A DNA stretch of 64,000 nucleotides from the human T2T-CHM13v2.0 reference genome, Homo sapiens, in the NCBI RefSeq assembly GCF_009914755.1, contig NC_060927.1. The stretch is one strand, 5' to 3'. The translations under genes and the position numbers were made by a program. This document shows, piece after piece, positions 24,961-38,069 of the stretch; the stretch's first letter is position 1, and each line of letters starts with the position of its first letter. Under the pieces are notes generated by a model, which was not told the DNA's origin, made no database searches, and worked only from the letters and a program-made list of their open reading frames with translations.

Positions 24961-25556
24961 GCAGGGTAAAGGAAGTTGGGCCTGGTGGGTACTGTGGTTG
25001 ATTGGGGGTGAAAGTGGTTACTCACGGGAATAGAAACAAAGACTTCGTCCACCCCAGGACCATTCTGGGAGGCAGTGCTCACCCCAAGTGACACCTGTCC
25101 CAAGTGACACCAAGTACATTCCAAGGGTGCAGATGAAGGCACAGCCCACTGGAGCCTGGGCCACTAAATCTTTAAATTTTATCCTTTATTCCCCTCCTCT
25201 CTGTTGGATAATGTGAACCTCCATGCAGGTGGTCTACAGGGAGAGGGATGTGCTAGTGAATCTAAGTAGGTATTCTGGCTACCTGGATAAGTACTAATTT
25301 CATTCAAAAGCAACACATTGGCATCTTGGTTTACACATAAGTCTTTGTGAATGTTGTTAGCATGAGTCAACCCCCCTGTTACCACAAGCTGTGGGTCTGA
25401 CCTGGTCAGGGTGGTTTCATGAAGCATGGCACCACCTTAGCAGGCTTCCCAGAAGCCCTCCAGGAGGTCTTAGCTTGTGATATTCTCCACCTAAGATTTA
25501 AGAACTCCTTCAGGCTGAGGACTCTTTCACTTGCTCTCAATGGCAAGTTTTATTGT

Positions 25557-25558
<2 letters not shown>

Positions 25559-25607
<49 letters not shown>
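25559..25607. repeat. (CAT)16 trinucleotide microsatellite
   Basis: 16 perfect CAT units; these produce the poly-His and poly-Ile runs in the ORF track. Confidence 0.97.
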
Positions 25608-27189
25608 TCTGTTATCTCCAGAATGCTCCTGTAGGTTTGGGTGATATGCACTCCTTGCTTGTGGCCCCAGAAGCCTATTCTATTACCATTCTAAATGCTC
25701 ATTTTGTCCCCTGTGTGGTAAGACTTGATGCCAGTGCTTTGTATGTGTGTCTGTGAACACTGGCAGTGGCACGTGGGAGGGCGTGTGGGTCTGCCATAGC
25801 TGAGTAAACAGGGAGAATGTATCTGATGTCCAGGTAATTACTGCCGAACATCTGTTAAATATGGGGTCTCATTGATGGCTGGCATGTTAGTCAGGGAAGT
25901 GATGGTGTGTTTGCAGTCAACATGGCAAGGGATGATTTAAAATCTGTTTCCATCAGCAGCCCACAGAGCAGCCCCAACGTAAATTAAGGAACCTGGAGCT
26001 TATGTAACCTGAGTGCCAAATCACCTCCAGAAAGGGCTGCAGGAAAGTGTCTCTGCTCTGGAAAGGCTGCTAAAAATAACAGTACGGAATGATAGATCCC
26101 TTGGAGCTGGTCGAATCCACTTATCCTGCTGTTGAGGACACTAAGGTGGAGCAGGGAGGGAAATGACCACAGAGTCAATGACAGAGCTGGAACCAAGGCC
26201 AGCTGGCCAGAGTTTCCAGCCAGGACAGCCCCACAGTGGGTCCCCAGAGCCCAGCCTACCTCAGTAGAGTCCCGCAGGGGCACTTGCTGAAGATACGGGG
26301 CCCCTTCCCACTGGGTGAGTGAGATTCCCTGGGGTGGGGCTTCAGCTGATTCTGCCACACCACCACATATGGGGAAAACTGCTTATATCACAGCCACCCT
26401 GCCCTCACGGTGACTGAAGTGAGCTGAGATAGTGGGACCAAGGGAGGCAGGAATTAAGGGAGATTTATTCTCCAGTTTATAGGGCTTTTTCTTTTTCCTA
26501 TCTACTTCTGAGAGGTGGAAAAACACCTTGGACTTCTCCCTGGTTTCTTGAGTCCTTCTTATCAGGATCTCTCAGTTAACTGGTTTAGATTCTGACACAG
26601 AGACATGCAGTATGATATTTTCTCTGCTCCTTGTCTCTTTAATTGCACCTCCTTCGATCTCATTGTTTGATGGTGACCGACCGGCAGAGAAGAGTTCCTT
26701 GCAAACATGATCTCAGGGGGAGTTAATCAGGAGGATTAAGGGAAACTCACCTTGGGCAGCAGCCCTCACCCCCACAGCCATCCTGCTGGATGTTAACTTG
26801 GGAGCAGAAGGAGATTTCTAGCTTGTTCAAGGCCATTCTGGCCAAGGTGTGTAGCAGATCTGGGTCCTGATCTGGGTCCAGTGGTCTCAGACTTGGGATC
26901 TCTAGAGGGTTCATCCCAGGGTGTTGCTCTATGAAACCTGGTGTCCCCACCCCCTGGCTGAGACCCCGTTGAGCCTTCTGCTGGAACCTACAGTGGCTAG
27001 TCACAGGGCTTCATAGCATCTTCCCTCTGAACTTCAAGACCCTGGCTTCTGTCCTCATGGAGCCTGCCAGCTGCCCCATTAGGACTTTTAATTTCTCCTA
27101 CCCAAGAGCAATCATTCATCCAATTAACAAGCAGTTATTTTTGTTTGCCCTTTTCAGGTTAATGATTTTGGTCAGAAAATCGCTAAATT

Positions 27190-27500
27190 CATTTTTTGAC
27201 TCCTTTTCCATAAATTGTATAAATTTCTAGGTGCATACAAATTTATACGGCCGCAATCATAATTTGGTATCTTGCTTTTATTCTCTTCATCATTTTGTTG
27301 TTAATCTTTTCTTTGCTTTACATAACCTCTATAATTTTCATTTTTTGATGTCTTTGTAATAGCCCATCCAGTGGCTGTATAATATTTAACTATTCCCCAG
27401 TTTTGTGAAACTGGAAATAAATATATTATGTATTTCACCTTTTTTCATATGGTTTTTTCTTTTGATAAACACTGAAGATTGTATATTTTTTGAACACTTT
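27190..27500 (-). mobile_element. L1ME-type 3'UTR fragment
   Basis: T-rich, with 'atcttgcttttattctct...tataatatttaactattcccc'. Confidence 0.5.
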
Positions 27501-27559
27501 TTAGCTGTTGAAAGTGCAGAGCTGTGTCATATTCAGCTGTAACAAAAGAGAAGGAAGGG

Positions 27560-27576
27560 ACACACACACACACACA

Positions 27577-27623
<47 letters not shown>
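27560..27623. repeat. (CA)n microsatellite, about 31 units with one interruption
   Basis: Directly visible. Confidence 0.97.
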
Positions 27624-27627
<4 letters not shown>

Positions 27628-27960
27628 GGAAAGGGGCACAGGGATCAGCTGACCCCTCAGCCAGTCTCCTGTTCTGGGAGCATCTCCGCCATACTCAGTG
27701 TTAAGGACTCTTGTGTTAAAGATGCGTGGTTTTCGTGTTCTCTGGCACCTAAGTGTAGACCAACTGCTTCGTCTGGTACCTAGCCAAAGAAAGGGGCCAT
27801 CTGTTCCCAGGCTGGTTGGAGACATGGAAAGATAACACATTATCTCCAGCACAGTGCCCTCCTTAGGGATTTTCAAGGGCAGTTTTGACTATATGCACCT
27901 TCCACCCTAACACTGGCATAAGAAGCAACTCCACTTTACACTTTAAAAAAAGATTTCTTG

Positions 27961-28290
<330 letters not shown>

Positions 28291-28419
28291 TCATGAGTCA
28301 TTGCAACCCCCAGTAGACCCTGGCTCATCCCCAGATTTAATAGGTGAAAGTAGTACTACAAAGTTCACTGTTTCATTTGCACGTGTTTGCTGCACGTTTT
28401 GTTTTACTATGTGTGCTTC

Positions 28420-29060
28420 TCTAAGAAGCACTTAGTAATTGCCTGGATATGGAAGATGCAGTGAGTGGAAGAGTACAGGGAAGAACAGGGCCCCAGGAGG
28501 AAACTGGTGAACTGTAACGCCAGTTAGAGGGCAGGGCTAGGTCTACAGATGTTGGAATCATAGTGCTAAGGGCATGAGTGTGGTGAGGAATGTAGCAGGG
28601 CATAGGCACATATGTACAGAGTGACATTAGTGTTGGGGGGCAGGAAATATGAAGAGATGTCAAGTAGAAAGAAGATAATGCCATTCAAGAGTTGTCAAGG
28701 GCCAGGATATTTAAGTAGAAAGCAGCTGAGTACATTACATCAGATGTGGCCAAGACAACCAGGGACAGAGAGAGCAATGGCCAGGAGACAACCTTGGCAG
28801 GCCTGTTTCCTGGCACAGTGGTATGGACTCCACATTTTGGGGGATGAGGAGGGAATGTGAATGGATAGGGAGGCAGTGAGCCTCCAAGTGTAGACTTGAG
28901 ACTTTCAGCAACCAGACATAGAGAATTTGCAGTACCAGCTAGAGGAGGCAGACGGATTTCAGAATAAGGAAAGTCATGCCAGCTTCCAGAAAAGAAAAGC
29001 TGAGGAAAAACTGTGTGAAAGAGTTACGGAAGGGATGGGAGCGGGGAGAGTGTGAGGGAC
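28420..29060 (-). mobile_element. Degenerate L2
   Basis: Purine-rich, with reverse L2 motifs 'agggctaggtctacagatgttggaatcat' and 'gtgtagacttgagactttcag'. Confidence 0.5.
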
Positions 29061-29154
29061 TGAGAGGGAAGATAAGGAAACAGGGGGAGAAATCAGACCC
29101 CACAGAGGTGGGAAAATGTGTTTAGTACTGTTAGGCTAAAATAATAGCTTGTTT

Positions 29155-29336
29155 GGCGTCGGGGGAGGGAGAGCATCAGGATAAGTAACTAATGCATGCA
29201 GGGCTTAATAACTAGGTGATGGGTTGATAGGTGCAGCAAACCACCATGGCACACGTTGACCTATGTAACAAACCTGCATGTCCTTCACATGTATCCTGGA
29301 ACTTAGAATAAAATAAAATTTAAATTAAAAAAAAGA
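29155..29336 (+). mobile_element. 5'-truncated L1PA (approx. L1PA10-16) 3' end
   Basis: 'aggtgatgggttgataggtgcagcaaaccaccatggcacacg...cctatgtaacaaacctgca' plus AATAAA and an A-rich tail. Partial TSD aatagctt at 29143-29150 and 29338-29345. Confidence 0.93.
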
Positions 29337-30812
29337 GAATAGCTTATGTGTTAAATGGCCCTCAAGCTTCTCCCACAGCCAAGCTTGGGTATTCATTTTG
29401 GAGGGGTGAAGAGGAGCCCTGAAACACATGAACTTAGCAGCCTCCCATGAAGGCCTTAGGGTGGGGCTTTGCTGCACAGGGATTCCCGAGAACATTGATC
29501 TTGGCCTTCCTGTGCCCCTGTGCTCAGCTCTCAGATCCCCAGATCTTCCCAAGCATCATAGGTGAGGGAAGGGGGATGGAGAGGCCCATGGGCAAAGCCT
29601 CCTGAGTATCTAGCGCTGGGCTCAGGGCTGGGAGAAGCACCTGGCTTGCTGGGCAGCTCTTTGGAGGCAGGAACAGTTGGTGCAGGTTTGGGGCTGGTGG
29701 GGGATGATGGAGAGGGACAGGGAGAGAGGAAGAGCAGTTTGAGTTGGGTCCAAAGAGGTTAACGTACTCCATGGGTGCATGGGTGTCTTTAGTTTGTCTT
29801 CATGGAGCCCTAAAACAGACTTTCATATGATTTAACCACAGTTCTTTCTCTGAGGGTACAACGCTGCTTGGTCATGGATTTATTTTTCTGAACAAGCTAT
29901 TATTCCTCATTTTGTTCAAATCTTGTAAGCTCAAAAAAAAAAAAAGAAAAAGAAAAATACTCAATTAGAGTAAAACTTTAATTAAATCAAAACACTAATT
30001 AAAATATATTGTCAATTACAATAAAGCACTGATTAAAGTGCTCCTAACAAGCAGCAGCCAATACTGCCCAGGGGTGGAAGCTCCAGCCTTGGTCGCCGTG
30101 TGGCTCAGAGGATCTGGCTGGACATGTTGCCATGGCCGTTGGTGTTTGGGGATCAAGAATCTGAAGGCTGGTCTTGGGCCCTAGAAACAAGACATCCCTT
30201 TTGCTGTGTCCTCCAACCCCACAGCACAGTTGATGACCCTCCTGTTCCTCCTCCTGGAGCCAACAGGGGCTGTCCTTTTGGGGCCCAGTGTAAGAAAGAC
30301 TGTACGTCACACACAGGGCTTTTTGTGTGCCACGCCTGGAATGTGTGCCACACTGGTGCCCAGTGGAATTTGGGGCCATCCTCAGTGGTACGGCTTTTCT
30401 GAAAACCACTCTGTGTGTGTGGCTTTGCTACAGGGCTTCCTGGAGAGAAGCTGGGGTGGATCCTGCGTTCCCTTGACCTGGCACTCATGGCCTCATGCCA
30501 CCTGGGTTCTCCTACCTGTCTTCTCTCATCTTCCCCCATGCCTGTGCACACACTGTGCACACTGCCTCTATTTTCTGCCACAGCGGTTTCCTAGCTAACT
30601 GGTAAATTACTGGAAGGAATAAAGACGTTTCTTTAAAGCTATCCCTGGCCACAGTGCTCCCCAAGGCCCTGTTAGGTGCATCTTCCCATTGTTCTTGTAT
30701 ATCTGCCGGCCTGGACTGGCCTGTTTCGCATCATACTGCAATTGCTTATGTACACAGCCAGTGAAATATCTTTGTAGAAGTCAAGAGTTTAAGTTAAGAA
30801 ATAGGATTAACT

Positions 30813-30873
30813 GGCCAGGTGTGGTAGCTCACACCTGTAATCCTGGCACTTTGGGAGGCCAAGGCGGGCAGAT
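30813..30873 (+). mobile_element. Alu 5' fragment (first ~61 nt only)
   Basis: 'ggccaggtgtggtagctcacacctgtaatcctggcactttgggaggccaaggcgggcagat', followed by non-Alu sequence. Confidence 0.9.
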
Positions 30874-32457
30874 GTGCCTTTCTTTTAAACCTCATGTGCG
30901 CTTTCTTTCAAACCCAGTCCCCTTAAGTGGCAGCAAATGCCAACTGGAACAAAAGAAGGAAGAAATTAGGTAAAAGGAGAATCAATACTGGTGCTAAGTT
31001 TTTAAAGACTTAACAGTCTTTTACTATACTTGGTTTGAGGGAATGGTAGCTATTACTTCAGGGCTCTTGGAGCAAGTTTTTAGAAAGAAATTCAACATTT
31101 TTTCATTTGCTCTTTCACCACAAAGCCTGGAAATAGAAGAGGTGGTATAGCCTGCAAAGCATGGCTCCTTCTTTCTTGCTAATGTTGCATTGTCGTACCC
31201 AGTTTCATATATAAAGTGGAGCTCAGGAAAGCCAGGCCTGCCGTGCTGGCATCCTGTTCTGTCCAGCTTCCTATGCCGTAGACTGCTTTCTAGCCCTGGC
31301 TCCTGGGGAGTTAAAGCAGATAATAAAAGTGGGAAACTTGGCTACATCCTCTTCACAGCCGCACAGTAATTTTCATCAGGGAGGCTGGTGATGGTGGGGT
31401 TCAGGGACAGAGGGGTGGGAAATCTACAGCATCCCCGCTGGTGTCAGGATGATGGCTGTCTCATTGGAAAAATGCTCTCAGGAAAGTAGCGCATCCTGTC
31501 CTCTGTCCTCTAAGAACAACAGAGACGATGGTTCAGCTGCAACCCTGCTCCCTAGCACGGGGCCTTTGTATGTTTTATGTGGCTCCACCAGCCTCTCTTC
31601 TGAGCCATCACTGCAGTTCATGGCTTTTGTGTGGGGTTCTATTCACCTCCTTTCTTTTCATCCCGTTTTATGGGTTCTGAAACATGCTCAGCCATCCTAG
31701 TGTCAGAAGAAGGTTCCCAAAGGCCAGGGGTCTCATTCCAGGCCATTTGGAAGTGTCTTGACTTCAGAAAGGGGCTAGCCTGTTTTCTTCCCTCAAGAGG
31801 CAGCTTGCCTTCCCTCTGTCTGGATACCTGGGCACACACATTCCTGCCTTTGCAAGCCCCTTCTGCTCTCCTGCTGTCCTTGGCCTTTTCTAAACCTTGT
31901 CTCAGGACTGAATGACAATCCTCTCTCATTCTGTTTTGCCCTGTCTCCCTCCCTCCCTTTTTCTCTCCTCTTAATAGTTCTATTTCTCTACTAAGCCACA
32001 GAGTCAGAGTAAAAAGACATCAGTGAACCTGAAGGAGGGAAATGAATTATTTTATCTCTCTGAAACCTTTTCCTGCTTTTGCTTTTCTGAAACCGTTTTC
32101 TACTTGCTTTCCATAAGAACCAAAATATTGCGGCAAGTGGGAGACAATCTCATCATGGCTGTGAAAAAGAGGGAGGCAATATGTCAGGGGGTAGCATGGT
32201 TTGTTTCTTCAGTGGAGCAGATGTTTTTGCAATACCCATTTCCTGCCAGCCCAGGCTGACCGTAGGGGAAGTGAATACAGTCCACAGGGCTGTCCCGGAG
32301 TGGCTCACATCCAACTCCCAGTGCATCCCACAGACCTGGAGTCCCTGAATGGGCCTCTAAGAGGTCAGGGAACTGAGATGCTATGTGTGTCAGTGAATGT
32401 TCCACGAAGAATTTCTACAGTTTTCCTCAGATTCTCAAAAAGGTTCAAGATCTAAGG

Positions 32458-32762
32458 CTGGTTTTCAAAAACTTTTGACTATGACCTATAGTAAAACATA
32501 CGTGTGTGTGTGTGTGTGCATGTGTGTGTGTGAGAGAGAGAGTGTGTGTGTGTGTTTTCTGGATAGATATCTATATATCTGAAACAAAATTCCCAAAACA
32601 ATGCTTACCCTTTCTACATGTAAATCAATGTGGTATTTTCTATTTTGTTCTCCTTTGATTATATTATAAACTATCTTATTTCATTGAAAATACTAATTGC
32701 AACCCATGAAATGGATTTCATGTCTCAGTAATGAGCCACAACCTGCATATTGAAATACACTG
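32458..32762. mobile_element. MER112-like hAT-Charlie element with an internal (TG)n/(AG)n expansion
   Basis: Terminal-inverted-repeat-like ends ctggttttcaaaaact / ttgaaatacactg; internal 'tgaaacaaaa...aaacaatgcttaccct'; 8-bp TSD atctaagg (32450-57) / atctaaag (32763-70). Confidence 0.8.
32502..32554. repeat. Compound (TG)n(AG)n(TG)n microsatellite
   Basis: Directly visible. Confidence 0.93.
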
Positions 32763-32794
32763 ATCTAAAGGAAAATGTTAGGAATCACTGATCT

Positions 32795-33410
32795 GGGGGC
32801 TCTCATACATCACTAGTGGGAGTGTAAATTAGCACAGTTCTTAATAAGGATCTTTTGGCAATATCTATCAAATTTACAAATACATATACCCGTTGACCCT
32901 GATGTTTCATTTCTAGTAATATATCTTACAGATATTCTTATACTTGTACAAAATTATATTCAAGATAATTCTTTGCAGCATTATTTATAATGGCAAAAGA
33001 TTGGAAACAGCCCAAATGTCTATCATTATAGAATTAGTTAAATAAAATGAAACATCAGCACAATGAAATAAATCTGCAGCTGTTTTAAAAAAAAAAAAAA
33101 GAAAGAAAGAAAGGGGCACTCTCAGTGACCTGACTGGAAAGATTGCCAAGATGAATAAAGTCAAACAAGCAAGATGCAAAACAGAGTGTTTCATACGTTA
33201 CCTTTTGGATGAAAAAGCTAGTAATTAAGACTCTTTATTCATATTTGTATGTATTAGGTTCAACCATTTGAAATTGCCATTTTTAAAGGTTAAAACGGTT
33301 GGATATTGGGAAATTCATATGGTTCAACATAATATATGCTTATAGGAAGGGGAGGTTAAGAAGCTAAGTTATCTGGAGAAAGGTAGGAGGAGACTTCTCA
33401 CTGGGACTTG
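32795..33410 (+). mobile_element. L1ME-type ORF2 end plus 3'UTR
   Basis: 'ctctcatacatcactagtgggagtgtaaatt...gcagcattatttataatggcaaaagattggaaacagcccaaatgtc'. Confidence 0.85.
33254..33332. mobile_element. MADE2 mariner MITE nested in L1ME
   Basis: 79-bp palindromic element ttaggttcaaccatttgaaattgcc...aaattcatatggttcaacataa, flanked by TA on both sides. Confidence 0.88.
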
Positions 33411-36069
33411 TTAAAAATAAGGAATCTCTGAGCAGATGGTTAACGGGAAAGGAATGGGGGTCACCCTGAGCTAAGGCAGAACCAAAGGCAGCCCCATGCC
33501 AGAGTGAGGGGTGAGCAGAGGCTGCCTGCCCCTGTCCTGATTCTCCTCTCCTGATGCCTGAGTCCCAGGGAAGGTCAGCCTTGGACAGTGGGCAAGAGGC
33601 TGGGAAAGCTGGACCAGCAGCTGAAGTCTGCTTCTGTCTACCTCCTTTGTCATTTCCTCTTTCTAGATGTATGTGGAAGATATGGTGAAAATGATTGAGA
33701 AGTTTAACTTTTCCAAATTTGAAATTTTGAATGCAATTGTATGTGACAAAGAAAGAGTCACTCGAGGAGTACTGACTGCTCTCGGCTGGAACTGGTGTGG
33801 CTCTTTACTTCTCAGAGGTGGGCTTAAGAGGGTCCAAGACTCCAGAAAGCTGCCCACAGGCCATGCCCACTTCTGTCATGCCCAGTACCTGCTGCCTGCT
33901 GCCCCTTCCTGATGGTCAAGCTCTGTGGGATTCCTAAGGTCCTAGGGTCATCTGGGAAGGTGTCTTGAGTCATTGGCCACTGCTGGAGTGGGGGTATGGG
34001 GACACCTGGGAATAGGGCCTGGTCTGTCCACTCCAAAGCCCTTGCTGATGTCTTTTTCAGGTTTCCAATGCCAAGGAGGAACTCTGGGCAGCTGGCAGGG
34101 TATTTAGCTAGGTTTTTGCAGGACATGCAGCAACATTTACCAAGGCACTTCACCACTTTGATGAAACAAATTTGTTTTCATCAGCATGTGGAAGACAGAT
34201 CCATCTCTCCAGGGGCAGAGGCACATATCCTAGGCTCCCAGAGATTCACATATGGGCCTAGCCCCGTTCCTTCCTCACCCTGGGAGCAGAACTGCTAAAG
34301 GGGAGCAGATACCCTCTTGCCCACACATCTCTTAGAAAACTCCACAAGGACAGAAAATCAACCTCAGAAGGCCTTTGTTAAGTAGGAATCTGAGCTACAT
34401 GGGCCAACCTCTGGTCATTGAACACATTGAGCAGCCCATAGTGTCACTAGATACCTGGGGGCTGATCCCGTCCACTGAGAACGGACAATATGTTTGTATA
34501 GATGGGAGGGGGTGGCAGTGCTGGGAGGGCCACAGCCTAATTGCCTCTGAGAAGCTTCTTTTTATACTCTAGGTGTAGGCCAATCCCTCTTGTGGGTCAC
34601 ATTTCTTCATGAGCCTTAGGTATGCCTTTAATTCAGTTACAGTTGATTCTAGTGGACAGAGATCTTTAGTTTCCCTTCAAAAACACTATGTGTGGATGTC
34701 TAAGTTATTCATTTAGGGGAGGTTTTACTCTCCCTCTCATTTTCTGCCTATGTCATACCTAACACCCCACTGCTCAAATGATGGAACCAGCATTTGGACT
34801 ATGCTCAGTAAAGGGGTTGGTGCCATCCCAGTGGGTCTCTGTGCAGTTAATCAGGACATGCTGGGCAGATGGAGTGGAGCGTGTAGGAGCTGGGCAGGGG
34901 CCAAGTAGGAGGCTGCTCCAGTGAGCAGCCCAAGGGCCTAGGTGAGAGGAATAAGCAGGTGACAGGGAGTGAGAGGTGCACTTGGCCTGGGGAAGGAAGA
35001 AGCAACAGGCTTCAGCAGTAGAATGGCTATTAGAAGTAAGAAGACAGACATGACTCCAGCTTCAACTTGGTGATGGAAAATGGGATGGGGAGGAGTCTTG
35101 GAGAAAAAACACCGAATGAGTTCAAGATTGTATTCCAATTTGACTTATGATGGGGATGGAGGTTCCCATTCTCCATCTCCCTCAGCCCCTATTACCCGCC
35201 CTTGGCAGTTCACTTCAAGTTTGGAATTGGAGAGTAGATTGGCCTCCCAGGTCATTGAGGGAAATGCTGTGGGAGTTGTGTGCTGGAGTTCTCGCCTCCT
35301 GGGCTCTGGAACCAACAGTTTCTTCAGTCTGTAATGGAAAAGGAACTGGGAGAATTGGGAGAGAATTGGAACCAGCAGAGGGTATACTCTGAGGACAGTA
35401 AGTAAAGACCTCTAAGCATGAAGTTCAGGGAGATTTGAAGAAGGGACTCTGATTCCACCGCAGCCATGGAGAAGACTAGGGTTAGATGAGTCACTGATGG
35501 ATGAGTTAAGGTTTAATGAAAAGATACCCAATTCTACTTAAGTGCTTATCTTTCTTTGCCTCTTGTTCTTAAATTATGTATCAGATTTTTAAATGTGGAC
35601 ATGATTAATGCTACTTAAGATCTCTGGTTGGCTGCTCTATCAAAGAGTTATATTTTAACTTAAAATGCATAACTGAGAGGAGGCTCTTACCATTTTTTAT
35701 CAGTTAATCACTTGTGCATAAAGCTCAGCTGTTTGGACCCTAAGGCCATAGATGGGGGCACCACTGCCCTATGGGTGGTAATTTACCCTCATTACCACAG
35801 GGTAGTTTGGAGAAAATGAACTACCCCCTAAGTGTTGCTGCTGTAATGTGCAATGAAGGTTACAAGGAATACAGAGGATCTTATGTTCTTCCAAGAAGGA
35901 AAATTGATTTGGAAGGTAAAATGGGAGAGAGGAAGTAAGGTGCTTATGCCAGGGGAGGGGGTGATCTTAATCTCCAGGCACATCAGGGAGAGGCCATGGA
36001 GAAGCTGATCTTTGAAGAGGGAAAGGATCTCAGAGGGCTTGAGAAATGGAATACTGAGTGTGAGACTGA

Positions 36070-36270
36070 CTCAGTTCAGTTCAGTAGATATTTATTGAGA
36101 CCTACTATGTGTCAGGTTCTGGAGATACAGACAAGAAAACAATAAGACATATTCCTGGCTTCAAGTTGTGCACCAAATTATGGGAAAAAAAGCTGACAAA
36201 CAGTGAATATGATACACTTGTGGCTTATGCAATAATAGACATTTGCACAAGGCACAATAGGGACCTCCAG
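36070..36270 (-). mobile_element. L2 3' end
   Basis: 'ttcagtagatatttattgagacctactatgtgtcagg'. Confidence 0.8.
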
Positions 36271-36394
36271 ATGGGAAAATAATGAATCCATGCAGTGGGC
36301 CTTGCTGTCGTGCTGTGCCCACTGCCATCCTGTACCATTGCCGCTTGATGCATTTGAGGTTCTAGGCCTGCAGGGCCTGATAAGCTCTTACCTG

Positions 36395-36545
36395 AGACAA
36401 GAGTAATTGGATTCAAATCCTATCTCTGCCTCTTACAAGTTTTGTGGCCTTGGGCAAGCCACTTAACATTTCTGTGCCTCAGTTTCCTCACAGTGATACT
36501 TCACAGGGTTGTGAGAGGATTAGATGGTGTTACATAGTGTTAGCT
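36395..36545 (+). mobile_element. MIR SINE
   Basis: 'gccttgggcaagccacttaacatttctgtgcctcagtttcctca'. Confidence 0.88.
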
Positions 36546-36654
36546 TTGATGATGATGATGATTTTGATGTGGAGGAAGAAGAGGAGTGGAAAGAGAAATA
36601 ATCTAGGAAGCAAAACTGGAAGGGAGTTTTTAGAGGAGAAAAAGCCAGGCAGGT

Positions 36655-37035
36655 GATAGAGAGCCCAACCCACTTGGCTTAAGCAAACAGGGAATTTATC
36701 AACAGTACACTGGGAGGATTAAACAGTGCCGTGGATCTGGTTTCTTGTTGCGCCTCTGTTGGTTGCTCTCTCTGGGCTGATGCCATTCTCAATAGACTCT
36801 GCATGACCTCACCATGATGGCTGCTTCCTGGGACTACACCTTCCGGGGGAATTCAGTGGGAAATAATAGCAACAGTTTTTTTCATGCTCTCCCAGGAAGA
36901 GCCCTTGGATGGACCGTGGGAGGGTTAAGTCTATGTCCTATGCTGAACCACTCGCTGAGGTCAAGGGGATGTGATGCCCTGGTTGGCTGAGTGATTGGAG
37001 GCCATTCAGCTCTGGTCATCTGAAACACACCCTCT
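36655..37035 (-). mobile_element. Old MaLR LTR (MLT1J/L-like)
   Basis: 'ggcttaagcaaacagggaatttat' and 'tgaaccactcgctgaggtcaaggggatgtgatgccctggttggc'. Confidence 0.6.
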
Positions 37036-38069
37036 GCAATTTCCACCTCTAGCTTCTTTTAATAGAGCAAGAACTTTAAGACTCTAAAGCAATTTGAGTG
37101 CAAACTCTACTAGATTTTTAATGACATTTTGTTTCTGATCTTTTAGCTTTGTCTTACTCTATACAAAAGTGATAGCAGTTTTTTTTTAGCAACTTGCATT
37201 TGTTGTGTCTTTCCAAAGCATTCAATTTATTATCATAGAAGCCACAGCTCTTTCTTTTTACATTCATGCTTTATTGGTTTATTAATATTTAATTAAATTA
37301 AGTATTTATAATGACAAATACAGCTGGCAAACAGGTGTGGGGACAAACACAGCAGACCTTGGGTAAGCATTCTATTTAACTCATGGGGCACACATGCAAG
37401 GCTATTCTCGAGCCATTGCAGGGCTGTGAGCACTGGGTCTGTGCATTTTACAGAGCACAAAGAAAGAGCAGATAAGCAGAAAAATCAGGTAAGGATATTT
37501 AAGAGAGTTATTAGTGCTTGGGTTTCTTTTGGATGGCTGGCATAGATGAGTTAATTGCAGTGGTTGTTGAGAGAGTGAGCTGGGTCTATATGGGAGAGAA
37601 GGTGAGATCAGGCCTTCCTGAGGTGAGCCAAAGTCCAGAGAGAGGCAAGAGGACTTTGGCCCACATCTAGACCTGATGACCAGGGTCTTCGGCCATCTAA
37701 TCTGAGCAAGGAAGACACCCCGGGCAGAGTTCATAAGGTCAGGGTGGGGTTGTTAGGAAAGCATAGATCCCAGCTTCCCCACTCTGAGTATATTTAATCA
37801 GGGCATGAACAAAAGGAGAAGATACCATCCTCTAGCCCCAGATAGCAGAACAAAGCAGGAAGTAGCCCCAGTTCACAAAGGGGAGTTTTCCTGCCATCAA
37901 CTGGGGAATATTCAGAAGCCCACTTAGAAAGGCCAGGAGAGAACTGATTCTTTTCCCAGGGACCCAACCAGACACAACAAATTCTGAATCGTGCTGGACC
38001 GTGGACACAGATCAGCACCATGAACGCTGGCGTTATCTAATGCTGCCCCAGATTGGCAGCACAGCCTGA

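Noticed and set aside
25419-25756. Poly-His and poly-Ile ORFs
   Set aside because: These are translations of the (CAT)16 microsatellite.
33640-33912. Good + strand acceptor (…tttcctctttctag|ATG) followed by an 81-aa ORF
   Set aside because: There is no strong downstream donor, the peptide is unrecognised, and no partner exons are evident.
38011-38031. REST/RE1-like ATCAGCACCATGAACGC
   Set aside because: Only the left half-site matches; the GGACAG half is poor.
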